Assembly: GCA_977020255.1 (NCBI GenBank)
Contig: CDROCS010003227.1
Coordinates: forward strand, 62,001 to 126,000
DNA length: 64,000 nucleotides
DNA from: Obrimoposthia wandeli
Taxonomy: Eukaryota
Direction of reading: 5' to 3'
Below are positions 61,401-64,000 of this stretch, one piece after another. Made by a program: the position numbers and the translations under genes. Position 1 is the stretch's first letter. Each line of letters starts with the position of its first letter. Below the pieces are notes generated by a model that was not told the DNA's origin, did no database searches, and worked only from the letters and a program-made list of their open reading frames with translations.

Positions 61401-62839
61401 TTTTTACTAAGTCTGTAAGTCTCAAATATGATCTATAATTCTGGTACGAATACCGAGCAGAGTCTCCAATGTAAAATCCATTGCATCCTTTTCAATTAAA
61501 TTTGTAAACCAGATTGGATTGTACATCAGGGACCTTTTTTGTCAAGCTACTTTATTAAAAAATTCATTCCATCAAAATACCCTATAAAAATATTTAAATT
61601 AAGAAACAAAAATAAAGATGTTTATAGGAGCTACACATGCTTTTTTAAAAATACCGATTTTTGAAGGATAAAAGAATTTGAGAAAGCTAATTATTATGTT
61701 GGTTGTAATGACAAAATGAAGTTATTTTAACAATCTAATTTATTAATAAAATTAATGAGCAAAGCCGTTTAGCTGAAAAAAAATAAAACAAATTATAAAA
61801 ATATGAGTCCAATAATTTTGACATCTCCTGCATTTTTATTATACAAGCTAAACTCTTGAGCACCCATGACAATGCTACCTCTACGAAGGGCTTCCTTACT
61901 TCAGTTGTATATTGAGGATCCGGGACGTGTGAGAAGATAAGTATATCCTTTTTAAATTTTTAGGGGTTTGTATATTTTAAGGCAGGTTTTCTTAAAGTGT
62001 GTGCCGGGGCACCCTTGGTAAGTTGAACTTAAATTTATCACTTCAAGATCTGCGTACAAATATCTTTATCATGTATGAAAAAATCAAAAGCTTCGGGGAA
62101 TATTTGGGTATCTAAATATCGGCTGTTGAAAGATATGAAATGGCGATGTTCGATGAGTTATCCAGTCTGGTAATCGAGTGTACTGGCAAAGAGCTGCTAC
62201 TGAAGCATCTACGATGTCTTCGAGATGACTAAACGATACTTTCTGGAAGTGTATTCATAGGTACAGGATCTAGTTTATGCCTAATCTTTGAATCTACTTT
62301 TGAAATCCAAAGAAAACTTCAATGAGATTGAAAGGGGTTTCAATTATAAGAAATGGTATTTATTTATGCTTCTAGATGTAGTTCGCGGTCTGAATTAAGT
62401 TATTCCCAAACAATGAAATCTACATGAATTTCATTAATATTTCATAAAACCGAGTTTTATAGAAGATCAAATGGTGACTTTATTTAACTGATTGATAATT
62501 TGTTCTGAAGTCAATTTTTCAGTTAACTTTTGTAAGGTAATTTATTTTTTCTATTTTTCATGAATTCCAAATTTTAGTTCTATTGATTTCCAAACAACAC
62601 TAATATTCACTTTATTTTCTTGACTAGAACCAGCCTGAGTTTCTTTTCGAATAAATCTTTAACATCAAAGATTTTGATTAACAAGTATGAAATATTTCTT
62701 CTTTTACCAGGGATATCGTTCAGAAGGAAACATCATTGACATAATATGTCACCGTCTGCACGGCTCTGACAGTACCCCGATTCTTTTGAACGTTCCCGAA
62801 AATATTAGTTTGGCCAACAAAATCATAACATATAACCAG
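58500..62839 (+). CDS. Probable host gene exons (58500-58674, 62711-62839), product unknown
   Basis: GC-richer open exons with cctcag| and |GTGAGC, and ttaccag| and |GTAATA boundaries; they join in phase 0 (..KSLYFQ-GYRSEG..). Confidence 0.45.
58966..60860 (-). mobile_element. hAT Buster/Charlie-type DNA transposon, 1895 bp, degenerate transposase
   Basis: TIRs CAGTGGTTCTCAACC / GGTTGAGAATCACTG; 8-bp TSD TTGTAGAT/CTGTAGAT with central TA; CMIHREALAAK (frame upstream of the ORF) and LLYHTEVRWLSK (ORF 59094-59774). Confidence 0.9.
61300..62400 (-). pseudogene. Penelope-like retroelement remnant (GIY-YIG endonuclease, possible RT traces)
   Basis: Minus strand SNLVYKFN*KGCNGFYIGDSARY at ~61450-61530. 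Confidence 0.55.
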
Positions 62840-64000
62840 GTAATAGTTTTGTTAATTTTGTATGTTTAGAATAGAGAGTGAAATGTTTAGTAAATTCTGT
62901 TACAAAAACTCTGGAGCAGTCCGGGGTAAAAAACTCATTTTTCTGAATAAGTTCAAAATAACCCTACAAACCCATACAATAACGATACGATGTCGTTTGT
63001 ATCACCAGTGTTCTAACTCCATTTGTGCTGACACATTCTTACCACAACACATCACAAAAGTCCCTCATGGAGCTTGTTCATATTACATTTCAAATCTAGA
63101 AAGTCTGGTAAACCTATGCTTCTAACAGGCCTCGGCTACGCCAGCTTTTTATTTTCAAACTGATAATAATTTGGTGAAGTCTTATTACGCAGACAATCAT
63201 AACATTTTGATTTTCATAATTTCCAAACTTAAAATTCTCTTTTTCAAAACACCGAAAACTTTCATTAATTTGTGTGAATAAAATAAAATAACTGAAATTT
63301 AATTTGAATAAAGCAAATCAAAGTAATTACACTATTATTCACTATATTTACTGTTTTTTTATGTACTCTTCTTCAATATTTATCACAAAAATTGCAAAAG
63401 TTTTCTATTGTTTAAAGTATAATTTATATTTTAACGGATAATATTATACTTATAAACAAGGTATTTCGAGAATATTACAAAAAATATTGGCCTACATTTT
63501 TTTTCTACATATATGAATAGCATTTGAATTATTATTGGGAAATGTACATCCTCTTACTTGGTATACTTTGCACGAACATACATTACAATCTTCAATACTC
63601 ATATTTTTAAAATCACAATTGAATACAACTTTGTCTTTTACATCACTTATGTCGGGCTATTACATAGCCAGAAACCGCACAACTCACACCTAAAGTGCAT
63701 AACAAATAACTACACTCTAATTGGTCAATCCCTCACCCAAGGTGATTCAGAAATTTGCTGAATTACCTAATTAATTGTAATTTTGTACAATTAATCTGAA
63801 AATGCCCCTCCATGATTGAACCCGTGCATCAAACAAACAAATCATTATATGTATAAAAACACATTTTCCACAACAAAATATCCAAACAAGTCGCCTCAAA
63901 CTATTCTCATATATACCCTGCCTCTGATTACTTAAAATTACCTACGAAAATCTAACGTAACTTACGAATTGCTCTAACTATCTCTTTACCTTGACTTCTT

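Overview
AT-rich eukaryotic (probably invertebrate) nuclear DNA with very short spliceosomal introns; the host cannot be identified from this window. The window is dominated by Polinton/Maverick (adintovirus-like) material. (1) A structurally complete 16.4-kb Polinton at 37120-53535 has AGTAGGTAGA termini, ~600/740-bp TIRs and a GACATG 6-bp TSD. It carries pPolB, integrase, packaging ATPase, major and minor capsid proteins and an adenain protease, plus an accessory block: BIR-RING IAP, an intron-split TBP-like gene and a DSP-fold pseudophosphatase. Three of its genes contain GT-AG introns. (2) That element sits inside the pPolB gene of an older related Polinton (31608-53722), which also carries two other insertions, one containing a canonical hammerhead ribozyme. 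(3) A 12.5-kb element with no credible coding region (18440-30973) is essentially one palindrome, with the same AGTAGGTAGA termini and an ATCATG 6-bp TSD, filled with satellite DNA. (4) A third, more diverged pPolB relic lies at the window start. Also present: a Chapaev3-like and a hAT/Buster DNA transposon with intact ends, pogo, mariner, MULE and Penelope remnants, a multi-exon minus-strand host gene for a probable secreted Cys-rich precursor (3813-17517), and probable plus-strand host exons near the right end. All family assignments come from motif recognition by eye; no database searches were run.
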